From the NCBI GenBank assembly GCA_034670305.1, contig JAXMNT010000006.1, positions 1 through 64,000 of the forward strand: a stretch of 64,000 nucleotides of DNA, given 5' to 3'. Numbering within the stretch: the first letter of the stretch is position 1; each line of letters starts with the position of its first letter. Shown one piece after another: positions 53,273 to 62,685 of this stretch. Both the position numbers and the translations under genes were made by a program. The notes under the pieces are model-generated. The model saw nothing but the letters and a program-made list of their open reading frames with translations, ran no database searches and was not told the origin of the DNA. The stretch comes from Deltaproteobacteria bacterium. Its GTDB lineage: Bacteria; Myxococcota_A; Polyangia; Polyangiales; Houyiibacteriaceae.

Positions 53273-55714
53273 TCACTGGAGCACCTGCGAGCCGAGGAAC
53301 TTCAGCAGCGCCGCGACGAGCGGGCGGCGTCGGGTTGGGTCCGCGGTCGGCTCTTCTCCGCGCGCTGGCATCACGCAGGTGCCGGGACCAATGCACGCGG
53401 GGCAGCCGGCTTGGCAACCGCAGCCGAGGATCGAGGTGTGCGCGCGCCGGAAGAGCGATTCGCGTTCTTCGAAGAGGCGCGACGCGAGGCCGACGCCGCC
53501 GGGCACGCGGTCGAAGAGAAAGAGGGTGGGGTCGAAGCCGCCACCGCCGCCGGTGCCGGCCGGGCCATCGGGATCGGAGTGATCGCCGAGCACTTTGCCG
53601 AGGTCGCGTGGATCGATCATCAGGCCGAGCGCGCCGACGACGTGCATCGCGTTCAGCAGCCCTCGGAGCGCATCGATCACGGAGGCGCGCTGCACGTGGG
53701 CATGCAGCACGAACGCTTCGACCACGTCTTCGGGCACCGTCAGCCAGAACGCGGTGGTGTGCATCTGCATCTCGGGCAGATCGACCTCGCCGTACCCGAC
53801 GTTCTCGTGGGTGTTGTATTTGATCTTCTTGTAGCCGACGACCTTCTCGATCACCGACACCTCGCCGAAGCCGGCCTGCAGCACCCGCGGGCTGCCTTCC
53901 ACCGTGGCGCCCCAGGACATCGGCGCGTCGATCTCTTCTTCGGTGACGGTGACCTTCGTGTGGGTCTGCGCGGTGGTGTAGTAGTCCGGCGCGACCTTGC
54001 GCACGTAGGCTTTGTGGTTCTCGAAATCGAGCCGCTCGACTTGGTACTGCTCGGCCGCGTGTTGGTAGATGGCCTGCTCGTGCAACATCGTGTGGGTGCT
54101 GCGCCAGTCCATCTCCGCGATGGTCCGGTCGCCGTCGAGATCGATGACCACGAAGTTGTCCCAGCCGACGCTGCGGAGGGACACGGCGCTCGCGGGGTAC
54201 GCGTCGCTCGCCCAGTGCCAGACTTCTTTGCCGGCGCTGTTCACGCCGAGGTGCAGGACCTCGTGCTGGGTCAAGTACCCGAGCGCATCGACCAGCGTCT
54301 CGATGGGCAGGTCGCCGAAGCGGTCGTCGGCTTCAAAGGGCAACTCGAACGCGGCGCACTTCAGATGCTGCAGCAGGATCTCGACGTTGTTGGGATCGAT
54401 GCGCGCGTGTTCGACCCCGGCGCTGAGCAGTTGCGCGGGATCGCGCGCGACGAACTGGTCGAGCGGTGCGCTGGAGGTCACGAGCAGGCCGAGCGACTTG
54501 CCTTCCCGGCGGCCCGCGCGCCCGAAGCGCTGCCAGGTGCCCGCAAGGCTGCCCGGGTAGCCGGCGCAGACCACGGCATCGAGGGCGCCGATGTCGATGC
54601 CGAGTTCGAGCGCGTTGGTCGCGACCACGCAGCGGATGGTGCCGGAGCGGAGCGACTTCTCGATCGCGCGCCGCTGCTTCGGCAAATAGCCGCCGCGGTA
54701 GGCGTGGATGGCTTCCGGGCCGATCTCGGGCGCCAGCCGTTCCCGCAGGTACTTGAGCATCACCTCGACCGAGTTGCGGGACTGGCCGAACACCAGCGTG
54801 GTCACCCCAGCGCGCACGAGATCCGCGCTGAGCCGCACCGCGCTCTTGAGGTAGCTCGCGCGCATGCCGAGCTCCGCGTTCACGATGGGCGGGTTGTAGA
54901 CGACGATGCGGCGTTCGCCGGTCGGCGCACCGTTCTCGGCGACGACTTCGGTCTTGCGGCCGAACACCCGCGTGGCGTGTTCTTCCGGATTGCCGATGGT
55001 CGCGGACGCGCCGATGAAGACCGGGTCGCTGCCGTGAAAACGCGCGATGCGCACCAGGCGCCGGAGCACGTTGGCGAGGTGCGATCCGAAGACGCCCCGG
55101 TACCCGTGCAACTCGTCGACGACCACGAACCGGAGGTTCGCGAAGAAGCGCGCCCAGCCGGCGTGGTGCGGCATGATGCCGGCGTGCAGCATGTCGGGGT
55201 TGCTCAGGATGACCCCGCCACGCTCGCGGGCGGCCCGGCGCGCATCGCCCGGCGTGTCTCCGTCGAAGGTGATGGCGCCGTGGGTGAGCTGGGCGTCGGT
55301 GAGCAAGACGCGCAGCGCTTCTTCTTGGTCGCGGCTCAGCGCTTTGGTCGGGAAGAGGTAGAGCGCGCGCGCGTCGGGTTCGGCCGCGAGGCGCTCGAGG
55401 ACCGGCAGGTTGTAGCAGAGGCTCTTGCCGCTCGCGGTGGGGGTGGCGACGACGAAGCTCTTGCCTTCGGTGGCCAGCCTCAGCGATTCGATCTGATGGG
55501 TGTAGAGCTGGGTGATGCCGCGGGCCGCCAGCGCACCGCGCACCTGCGCCGAGAGGTTCTGAGGGATGGGCACACTGCGGGCAGGCCGGGCCTGCAGGGT
55601 CTCATCCAGCCCGATGTCGCGGGTGATGCCGCGCTCGTCCCAGACCGCGAGCAGCTCGTCGATCCCGCGCACCCCCGCCGCCCACGGGGTGGTGCCTCGG
55701 CCGAACGCGCTCAC
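53273..55714 (-). CDS. DEAD/DEAH-box helicase with DUF1998 (YprA/MrfA/Hrq1-like)
   Basis: [52 protein letters not shown]-terminal [10 protein letters not shown]. Confidence 0.93.
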   Translation of the reverse strand: MSAFGRGTTPWAAGVRGIDELLAVWDERGITRDIGLDETLQARPARSVPIPQNLSAQVRGALAARGITQLYTHQIESLRLATEGKSFVVATPTASGKSLCYNLPVLERLAAEPDARALYLFPTKALSRDQEEALRVLLTDAQLTHGAITFDGDTPGDARRAARERGGVILSNPDMLHAGIMPHHAGWARFFANLRFVVVDELHGYRGVFGSHLANVLRRLVRIARFHGSDPVFIGASATIGNPEEHATRVFGRKTEVVAENGAPTGERRIVVYNPPIVNAELGMRASYLKSAVRLSADLVRAGVTTLVFGQSRNSVEVMLKYLRERLAPEIGPEAIHAYRGGYLPKQRRAIEKSLRSGTIRCVVATNALELGIDIGALDAVVCAGYPGSLAGTWQRFGRAGRREGKSLGLLVTSSAPLDQFVARDPAQLLSAGVEHARIDPNNVEILLQHLKCAAFELPFEADDRFGDLPIETLVDALGYLTQHEVLHLGVNSAGKEVWHWASDAYPASAVSLRSVGWDNFVVIDLDGDRTIAEMDWRSTHTMLHEQAIYQHAAEQYQVERLDFENHKAYVRKVAPDYYTTAQTHTKVTVTEEEIDAPMSWGATVEGSPRVLQAGFGEVSVIEKVVGYKKIKYNTHENVGYGEVDLPEMQMHTTAFWLTVPEDVVEAFVLHAHVQRASVIDALRGLLNAMHVVGALGLMIDPRDLGKVLGDHSDPDGPAGTGGGGGFDPTLFLFDRVPGGVGLASRLFEERESLFRRAHTSILGCGCQAGCPACIGPGTCVMPARGEEPTADPTRRRPLVAALLKFLGSQVLQ

Positions 55715-55766
55715 GCGTCGGATCGTTTGGGAAGTGGGTTTTGCGTGGAATGCATGGCGAGAGGCA

Positions 55767-55817
55767 CTGTACCGCTGTACAGCATCGACTGTACGGGCGC
55801 ACAGACGTTCAGGTCAA
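55767..55817 (-). promoter_or_regulatory. two tandem CTGT-N8-ACAG (LexA/SOS-like) boxes overlapping a candidate promoter
   Basis: CTGTACCGCTGTACAG (55767-55782), CTGTACGGGCGCACAG (55789-55804); minus-strand TTGACC-N18-TACAGT. Confidence 0.72.
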
Positions 55818-55842
55818 CCAATCCAGTGCCGGCCCATCGCGT

Positions 55843-56103
55843 CATCGGCTTCGGGCGTTGGCTTCGGCTTCGGCTTCGGGCTTCGGCTTCGGCTTCGGGG
55901 ATCGGCTTCGGCGGCATCGGCGTCGGCATCGGCGTCGGCTTCGGCTTCGGCGTCGGCTTCGGCTTCGGGATCGGCTTCGGCTTCGGCGTCGGCTTCGGCT
56001 TCGGCTTCGGCGTCGGCTTCGGCTTCGGCTTCGGCTTCGGCTCAGCTACGGACCCGCGCCCGAAACAGGGCAAGGGCACGGGCAAGGGCAGGGGCAAGGG
56101 GCC
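55843..56103 (+). repeat. hexamer array plus GGGCAA motif
   Basis: About 30 TCGGCK-type hexamers, a ~25-bp spacer, then GGGCAAGGGCACGGGCAAGGGCAGGGGCAAGGGG. Confidence 0.95.
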
Positions 56104-56113
56104 CGAAGGGCAC

Positions 56114-56938
56114 CTACACGAAGAAGTCCGGGGCCAGCTCCATCGTCGGGTCGACGGCGTACTTCGTGAGATCCTTGATGCCCAGCTTCTCGGTCGCGAC
56201 GTCTTCGTCGATGAAGAAGTTGCCGGTGCACTCCTTCGAAGGCTGGGTGAGGATCCAGTGCGCCGTGTCGCCGATGATGTCCGGGGTGCGGCTGCGGCGC
56301 ATGAGATCGTCGCCGCCGAGCAGGTTCTTCACCGCGGCGGTCGCGATCGTGGTCTTCGGCCAGAGCGCGTTGGCGGCGATGCCGATGCGGCGGAACTCGC
56401 CGGCCCATCCGAGCACGCACATGCTCATGCCGAACTTCGCCATCGTGTAGCCGACGTGTGGGGCGAACCAGCGCTCGTCCATGTTGAGCGGCGGCGAGAG
56501 GTTCAGGATGTGCGCGTTGTCGCTCTTCTTGAGGTGCGGCAGGCAGAGCTTGCCGCAGAGGAAGGTGCCGCGAAGGTTGATCGAGTGCATCAGATCGAAG
56601 CGCTTCATGTCGATCGCACCGGTGTCGGTGAGGTTGATGGCGCTCGCGTTGTTCACGAGGATGTCGATCCCGCCGAACTTCTCCACGGCCTGATCGATCG
56701 CGTCCTGGATCTTCACCTCGTGGCGAATGTCGACCACGCAGGGGAGCGCTTTGCCGCCCGCCGCTTCGATCTCTTCGGCTGCCGTGTAGATGGTGCCCTC
56801 GAGTCTCGGGTGGGGCTCCGCGGTCTTGGCCGCGATCACGATGTTGGCGCCGTCCTTGGCCGCGCGCAGGGCGATGGCCTTGCCGATGCCTCGGCTCGCG
56901 CCCGTGATGAACAGCGTCTTGTCTTTCAGCGATCCCAT
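56114..56938 (-). CDS. short-chain dehydrogenase/reductase (HSDL2-like)
   Basis: [49 protein letters not shown]. Confidence 0.94.
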   Translation of the reverse strand: MGSLKDKTLFITGASRGIGKAIALRAAKDGANIVIAAKTAEPHPRLEGTIYTAAEEIEAAGGKALPCVVDIRHEVKIQDAIDQAVEKFGGIDILVNNASAINLTDTGAIDMKRFDLMHSINLRGTFLCGKLCLPHLKKSDNAHILNLSPPLNMDERWFAPHVGYTMAKFGMSMCVLGWAGEFRRIGIAANALWPKTTIATAAVKNLLGGDDLMRRSRTPDIIGDTAHWILTQPSKECTGNFFIDEDVATEKLGIKDLTKYAVDPTMELAPDFFV

Positions 56939-57178
56939 CGTGTCTCCATGCGTCTGAGGGCATCCGCCGCAGCGGACGCACGGGCGTAGCGTGGGAGCGG
57001 GCGGCCGTCCACCGTCCCCACAAACGGGCGACCGCACCCGTCAGCAAACGTGGGGCGGCTGGCGCCTGGAGTCGCCAGCGGCTGTAGGGGCGGCACCACA
57101 AGGCGATCGGAACATGGGGGGAAATGCCCGACAACGTTCGCGGTCATGGTTGGCCCGATGTTTGCTTTCTCCTCGCCC

Positions 57179-57466
57179 ATGGCCGACCTCCGACTCTTCA
57201 TCACCCGCAACCGCGAGTACATGATCCAGGACGAGGTGTGTGTGGGGGTTCGTGATCGGCGAACGGGGGCCTGGCTGCACCACTCGGCCGTGACCCAGCG
57301 CGCGTCGATGGTCCGTTCGCACGGAGGTCGGGTCGTGGCCCACCCGCTCAGCGCGCGGGTCGGGTCGTCGCTGTACTTTCCAGCCGGCCCGGTGGTGACG
57401 AGCAAGGTCCGACAGGTTCGCAACGCGTCCCGCCAGACCACCACCGATCTGGCCGCGATCGCCTGA
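57179..57466 (+). CDS. small myxobacteria-type hypothetical protein
   Basis: FITRNREY...CVGVRDRRTGAW..H...VGSSLYF...VVTSKV; coding-like codon usage. Confidence 0.7.
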   Translation: MADLRLFITRNREYMIQDEVCVGVRDRRTGAWLHHSAVTQRASMVRSHGGRVVAHPLSARVGSSLYFPAGPVVTSKVRQVRNASRQTTTDLAAIA

Positions 57467-57469
57467 GCT

Positions 57470-58486
57470 CTACGCCCGCTCGAGCATCGATTCGCGCCGA
57501 CGCGAGACGGCGGCGGGGCGGCCTTCGGTCAAGATCAGCGTCAAGGCGAGCAGCTCCAAAAAGCCGTGGAAGACCGCGGCGCGCAGGTAGCCGATCCGCG
57601 CCTCGGCCAGATCGACACACGCCCAGACACCGACCACGAGCGCGGTGACGGCCGCACCCCCGAGCAGCAAGGGTCCGAGGTCTCGGTAGAGCGCGGCCCA
57701 GCTCGCCCGGAAGGTGCGCGGCGTGGCGCGTCCACGGTCGTCCTCGGGCATCAGCCGCAACCACACCGCGTAGTGGATCGACTGAGCGAATGCGAAGGCG
57801 AGCATCAGGCGCAGGCCGAGCTCGGGGCTCAGGCCCGGGGCGAGCGTCCATTGCATCTGGTGGGCGTCGAACGGACCCCACGCGGGGCTCAAACCCCCGG
57901 CTGCGATCACGACGGGTTCGGTGGCGCCAAGAAGGATGAGGGCCATCGCCAACGCGTACGCGAGCACCGGCCAGAGGATCAGGCGACCGCGCGGACGCCA
58001 GATGAGCCAGAGCAGCACACCGATGAGGTTGTGCGCGTGGGCGAAGACGACATCGCCCCAGTAGCCGAAACGCCACGAGGCGAACGCGACGCCACCCACG
58101 CCCATGGCGACGAGCAAACGACGCCAGCCGGGGGCGCGCGCCACCAGGGCGACGCCAACGCAGGCGATGAGCGCACCGAGCAGGCTGCCTTCCACCCAGG
58201 CCGCGATCAGGGGACCGCCCGCGAGGGCGACCAGCAACTTTCGTTTGTGGGCGCCGCGCCGGACGACGAGGTAGCGCACGTCGCCGAGCACGTGCGGCAC
58301 CCCGAGCACGATCGGACCGAGCGCGAGCATCCACATCGGGATCGTGGCGGACCCGATGAGCGCGATCGAAATGGCCAGCAGTGCGGTCGCCGCCACCCGC
58401 ATCTCGCGGTCTCGGACGAGGCGGCGGCCTGGCGCGCCGAGCCAGGCGATGAAACGACGGCGTGCGGCGTCGAAGGGGCGCCACAC
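57470..58486 (-). CDS. polytopic membrane protein with His motifs
   Basis: Multiple TM helices; GVPH, HAHN, QSIHY, FHG; start uncertain (58486 GTG or 58402 ATG). Confidence 0.75.
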   Translation of the reverse strand: MWRPFDAARRRFIAWLGAPGRRLVRDREMRVAATALLAISIALIGSATIPMWMLALGPIVLGVPHVLGDVRYLVVRRGAHKRKLLVALAGGPLIAAWVEGSLLGALIACVGVALVARAPGWRRLLVAMGVGGVAFASWRFGYWGDVVFAHAHNLIGVLLWLIWRPRGRLILWPVLAYALAMALILLGATEPVVIAAGGLSPAWGPFDAHQMQWTLAPGLSPELGLRLMLAFAFAQSIHYAVWLRLMPEDDRGRATPRTFRASWAALYRDLGPLLLGGAAVTALVVGVWACVDLAEARIGYLRAAVFHGFLELLALTLILTEGRPAAVSRRRESMLERA

Positions 58487-58568
58487 CCCCTCGAGCGGTA
58501 CTGGCCCGTTCTTCGGGAGCGCGGGGCGTGTTGCGGTCGCGGAACGCACGGCTACGGCCGCGGGCGTT

Positions 58569-59285
58569 TCACCACGCGCAGAACTCGAGCAGGCGCTCCG
58601 CTTTCTCGAGCTCCAGACAACCGGCCTTGAGCAAGGCGCTGGCTTCCGCGACCCCAACCGCCACGAATGCTTCGCGTTCTCCGTCGCCGGCCAGCGGGAC
58701 GAAACGCGCCCGGACGTCCATCTGGCCGAGCAGCACATTGACCGCCACCACCAGTCCACGAATGGTGACGCTTGGGTTGTCGAGCTCGCTCAGGTCGATC
58801 TCACCGGTGTCGAGGTCGTCGTCTTCCATGTCGGTGACGGCGGCGAGGTGATCGCCGTGGCGGAGCACCAGTGGTCCTTCCGAGGAGCCGATGCGCTCCA
58901 GCTCCACGTGCCCGAGCTCCGGTGCGAGTCCACAGAGCCGCGCCACGAACTCGGGCGCGCTCTGAGGATCGTTCCCGTCGTGCATGAGGAATCGGTCCGA
59001 GGCGATCCGTCGTTGGGCCGCCTCCGCGTCGCCCGCGCCTCCGAAGTACGCGAGGAGGAGATCCAGGCGCCGGGCGTCCGAGTTCGGGTTGGGGGCGATG
59101 CCTTCCAGCAGGACCGCGAGCAGTCCGTCGCTCATGTCCTCGATGAGGTGGGCACCGCGAAGCGCCTGAATGAACCGCTGGTCGGCTTCTTCGGGCGTGG
59201 GCGGTGGTGCGGCTGAGGGCGGTGGCCGGCTCGCGGGGGGCGGGGCACCACTGGGGGAGGATTGCTCTTCGCGCTCTGTCTCCAT
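58569..59285 (-). CDS. hypothetical acidic protein
   Basis: 238-aa ORF with GC-typical codon usage in the only plausible frame. Confidence 0.7.
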   Translation of the reverse strand: METEREEQSSPSGAPPPASRPPPSAAPPPTPEEADQRFIQALRGAHLIEDMSDGLLAVLLEGIAPNPNSDARRLDLLLAYFGGAGDAEAAQRRIASDRFLMHDGNDPQSAPEFVARLCGLAPELGHVELERIGSSEGPLVLRHGDHLAAVTDMEDDDLDTGEIDLSELDNPSVTIRGLVVAVNVLLGQMDVRARFVPLAGDGEREAFVAVGVAEASALLKAGCLELEKAERLLEFCAW

Positions 59286-59438
59286 GCGCCCGTAGGTTCC
59301 CGCACTTGGGGCCCTACGTCGAGAGCGCTTGAACCCTGGGCTGCAACCCGGGATGCTGCACCCGTGGTTCGGTCACCTCTCCATTCTGTTGCCAGCAGCT
59401 CAGAAAGCCTCGGGAACGCGCTCTTGGTGCGACGTGGC

Positions 59439-59936
59439 ATGGCGGGCCGCGGCCTCGGCGCCGATCAGCGCGGACTCTCGACGGTCGAATACATCATTCT
59501 TTTCGTGCTGGTCGCCATCATCGGGATCGTGACCTGGCAGCTCTTCGGGGGCGCGCTCGAGGAGAATGTCACGGACGCACGGGACGAAATCGCCCAAGTG
59601 GGCGTCGGCGGAACCGGTCGCGGCACCGGCATGACCAAGCAGGTCGCCGGTGCGCGATCGGCGGAGGAGGGCGGCTCCGAAGCCGGCACCATGGCGGGTG
59701 GACCCAACATGGCCGACGGCATGAACATGAACGCAGCTGGCACCGCCAGCATGGGCACCGGCGCGGCGGGTGTGGTGTCGCGGCCGAGCGCGGGTGGACC
59801 GAGCGTCTACACGGTCGCGCCGGAAGAGGAATCCAGCGCGGGCAAGATGTGGTTTCTCGTCGCGATCCTCGTATTTCTGTTCCTTGGCGGATTCGTTTTC
59901 TACAGCAAGGCGAAGCGGGGCAACACCGGGGCGTAA
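59439..59936 (+). CDS. Flp/type IVb pilin-like protein with C-terminal extension and TM
   Basis: DQRG/LSTVEYIILFVLVAIIGIV prepilin motif; Gly/Ala/Met linker; C-terminal hydrophobic helix then KAKR. Confidence 0.75.
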   Translation: MAGRGLGADQRGLSTVEYIILFVLVAIIGIVTWQLFGGALEENVTDARDEIAQVGVGGTGRGTGMTKQVAGARSAEEGGSEAGTMAGGPNMADGMNMNAAGTASMGTGAAGVVSRPSAGGPSVYTVAPEEESSAGKMWFLVAILVFLFLGGFVFYSKAKRGNTGA

Positions 59937-59966
59937 CCTTTGGGTGGCCCCGATCGTGGAGTGTTC

Positions 59967-60947
59967 ATGCGCACTGGTCCGACGCCCAGCGACAACACCT
60001 CCGACCCGCTCGAGTCCGCCTTCGCCCGAGATCGCGCCCGCCTGTGGGGACTCTGCTACCGGATGACGGGAAGTGGCGCGGATGCCGACGAGATCGTGCA
60101 GGAGACATTCGTGCGGGCGCTCGAGAAGCGGCCCGACGCGTCGCGTTCGCTGACGCCCTGGCTGTTTCGGGTCGCGACCAACCTCGCGCGGGACCGGCTG
60201 CGCTTGCGCAAGTCCCGCGCGTACATCGGCCCGTGGTTGCCCGAACCGATCGAGACCGCCGAGATGGCGTTCGACCAGCTCCCCGACGCGCGGTACCAGC
60301 AGAAGGAGAGCCTGACGTTTGCGTTCCTGGTCGCGCTGGAAGCGTTGACGCCCAAACAGCGCGCCGTGTTGCTCTTGCGGGACGTGTACGAGTTGAGCGG
60401 GCGCGAGACCGCGGACGCGGTGGGCACCTCGGAAGGCAACGTGAAGGTGCTCTTGCATCGGGCGCGGGCGGCGATGGCGCGGCACGACGCGTCGCGGGTG
60501 GTGCCCAGCCCGGAGCGGAACGCACAGACCCAGCAGGCGTTGATGGCGTTTCTGACCGCGCTGGCCTCGGGCGACGCGGCCGCGATGACCGCGGCGCTCT
60601 CCGAAGACATCGTCATGGCCAACGACGGGGGTGGCGAGTTCTCCGCTGCCCGGAAGCTGGTGGTCGGTCGCGCGCGCGTGGTGCGCTTCCACCTGAAGGT
60701 GTCGGAGCCGGGGGTGCCCCAGGTGCGGTTGACCGAGCTGAACGGGGTGCCGGGGCTCATCGTCCGCCGCCCGCCCGCGCCGGAGAAGCCGCCCCCTCGA
60801 GGTCGTGGTCCGCGCCAGCCGGTGGCGCGCCGAGTGGTGATCCTCGTGGATGGGGGCGAGACCCTGACCCACCTGTGGTCGGTCCTGGCGACCCCGAAAC
60901 TGGCGGGTTTGTCCTTTCCGGGCTTCGAACCGGCCGTCCCGGGCTGA
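59967..60947 (+). CDS. ECF41-like sigma factor with C-terminal SnoaL-like domain
   Basis: YRMTGS..DADEIVQETF, YIGPWLPEP linker, NDGGGE motif. Confidence 0.9.
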   Translation: MRTGPTPSDNTSDPLESAFARDRARLWGLCYRMTGSGADADEIVQETFVRALEKRPDASRSLTPWLFRVATNLARDRLRLRKSRAYIGPWLPEPIETAEMAFDQLPDARYQQKESLTFAFLVALEALTPKQRAVLLLRDVYELSGRETADAVGTSEGNVKVLLHRARAAMARHDASRVVPSPERNAQTQQALMAFLTALASGDAAAMTAALSEDIVMANDGGGEFSAARKLVVGRARVVRFHLKVSEPGVPQVRLTELNGVPGLIVRRPPAPEKPPPRGRGPRQPVARRVVILVDGGETLTHLWSVLATPKLAGLSFPGFEPAVPG

Positions 60948-61017
60948 ACTCACCGGCACGCACCGGGCGGGAAGGGCGGGAACAACGCCCCTGCAATTCG
61001 ACAGACCTGGATCGCTC

Positions 61018-62538
61018 GTGTCACAACCCATGGCGGCAATGCCTCTGGGGGAGCGAACAGAACGAGCCGATGGCGCGGGGGAACTCCCGCGATCGTTTGG
61101 ACGCTATGTGCTCTTCGACCACATCGGTCGCGGTGGCATGGCCGACATCTTCCTGTGTCAGCTCCGCACCTCGCTGGGTGGCGCCCGCAACGTGGTCCTG
61201 AAGCAGGTCCTTCGTCGCCTCGGGGACGATGCGAGCTTTCGCGCGATGTTGACCGCCGAGGCGAAGCTCGCCGCGAAACTCAACCACGCCAACGTGGTTC
61301 AGGTCTTCGACTTCGGAGAAGAAGACGGCCGCCTCTACATTGGTATGGACTACGTCGAGGGGTTCGACCTTCGAACGCTGCTCGGTCGGCTCAGCAAAGC
61401 GAAGATCCCGCTCCCCGCAGAGTTCGCCCTGCTCGTCATCCGCGAGACCCTCAAAGGGCTCGACTACGCGCACCGCGCCCGAGACGAAGAGGGACGCAGG
61501 CTCGGCATCGTGCATCGAGACGTGAGTCCGTCGAATGTGCTGATCTCCTTCGAAGGCGAAGTGAAGTTGTGCGACTTCGGGATCGCGCGCGCGATGCACC
61601 GCGACGACGAGCGGGAGGAGCCCGGGTCGGGCGTGAAGCCCGCGCCCCGGGTCGTCGGCAAGAGCGCGTACATGTCGCCCGAGCAGGCGAAGGGCGAGAA
61701 CCTCGACGCGCGGGCGGATCTCTTCGCCGCAGGGATCTTGTTGTGGGAGACCTGTGCGGGTCGCCGCCTCTACCGCGGGACCGAAGCGCAGATGCTCGAG
61801 CTCGCGCGCGCCGGCGACGTGCCGGAACTTCCCGATCGTGGCCTGCCCAACCAAGCCCGGCTTCAAACGATCCTCTCGAAGGCGACCGAGAAGGACCGCG
61901 ACGCGCGGTACGCGAGCGCCGCGGATTTTCTCCACGACCTCGAGAGCTACGCCATCGAGACGAAGCTGATGGCTTCGCCCCTTCGGCTGGGCACATTTCT
62001 CACCGACCACTTCGCGGAAGAGATCGTCTCCACGCGGCGCGCGCGAGAAGCGAGCGCCAAGAGCCTTCCGGACGCCGATCCGAAAAGCTACGGACCTTCG
62101 TCGGCGCCGCCGCCTTCGGGCGCGGCCAGTGACGTGAAGATGCCGCCGCCCCCCGCGGTTCCGCCGGAACTCTTCGGCATGGCGCGGACCGTTCCTGCGC
62201 CGGAACATGAAGAAGCCGACGCTGGCGCGACGACCGTGGAACCTTCGGGTCCAGTGATCGAGGCGCTGGCGGTCGCGGATGCGATCGCTGCGACGGAACG
62301 TCCTTCGCCGAAACCCGCATTCACGCCCTCCGGCGGCACGGCGATCCCGCTCGGCACGCCGGATCCCGAAGTGTTGCGCCGCCTCTCCAGCCGGCCGCCC
62401 CCGAGCCCTGCGCCGGAGTCGTCCCGCACGCCGCCTCGGAACGCTGGCCCGCTTCAGCCGTTCACGCCCGCTTGGTACGCGCTCGTCGGAGCAGGCGCGG
62501 TGTTGTTCGGCCTCGCGGTGTACTGGCTGCTGCACTGA
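61018..62538 (+). CDS. Hanks-type Ser/Thr protein kinase with C-terminal TM
   Basis: IGRGGMA, VVLK, HRDVSPSN, DFGIA, YMSPEQ, ADLFAAG; Pro-rich linker; terminal TM. Confidence 0.95.
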   Translation: MSQPMAAMPLGERTERADGAGELPRSFGRYVLFDHIGRGGMADIFLCQLRTSLGGARNVVLKQVLRRLGDDASFRAMLTAEAKLAAKLNHANVVQVFDFGEEDGRLYIGMDYVEGFDLRTLLGRLSKAKIPLPAEFALLVIRETLKGLDYAHRARDEEGRRLGIVHRDVSPSNVLISFEGEVKLCDFGIARAMHRDDEREEPGSGVKPAPRVVGKSAYMSPEQAKGENLDARADLFAAGILLWETCAGRRLYRGTEAQMLELARAGDVPELPDRGLPNQARLQTILSKATEKDRDARYASAADFLHDLESYAIETKLMASPLRLGTFLTDHFAEEIVSTRRAREASAKSLPDADPKSYGPSSAPPPSGAASDVKMPPPPAVPPELFGMARTVPAPEHEEADAGATTVEPSGPVIEALAVADAIAATERPSPKPAFTPSGGTAIPLGTPDPEVLRRLSSRPPPSPAPESSRTPPRNAGPLQPFTPAWYALVGAGAVLFGLAVYWLLH

Positions 62539-62562
62539 GCGCTGCTGCGCCCGTCCGATTCT

Positions 62563-62672
62563 GAAGCCGACGCCGACGCCGAAACCGAAGCCGACGCCGA
62601 AACCGAAACCGACGCCGAAGCCGACGCCGACGCCGACGCCGAATCCGAAGCCGAAGCCGAATCCGAAGCCGA
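62563..62672 (-). repeat. hexamer array (GCCGAA/GCCGAC/ACCGAA)n, reverse orientation
   Basis: About 18 hexamers between convergent genes; no GGGCAA tail. Confidence 0.92.
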
Positions 62673-62685
62673 CTTGGCTCCCGAT

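Noticed and set aside
51886-55714. DISARM or other anti-phage defence island
   Set aside because: No methylase, DrmA/DrmC or other defence genes adjacent; the fused helicase-DUF1998 plus exonuclease fits MrfAB-like repair better.
53234-56989. 1251-aa plus-strand ORF, and similar long ORFs at 11962-14520, 47534-49741, 2621-4585, 51613-53823
   Set aside because: Antisense shadows of well-supported genes, expected in high-GC DNA; no recognisable motifs.
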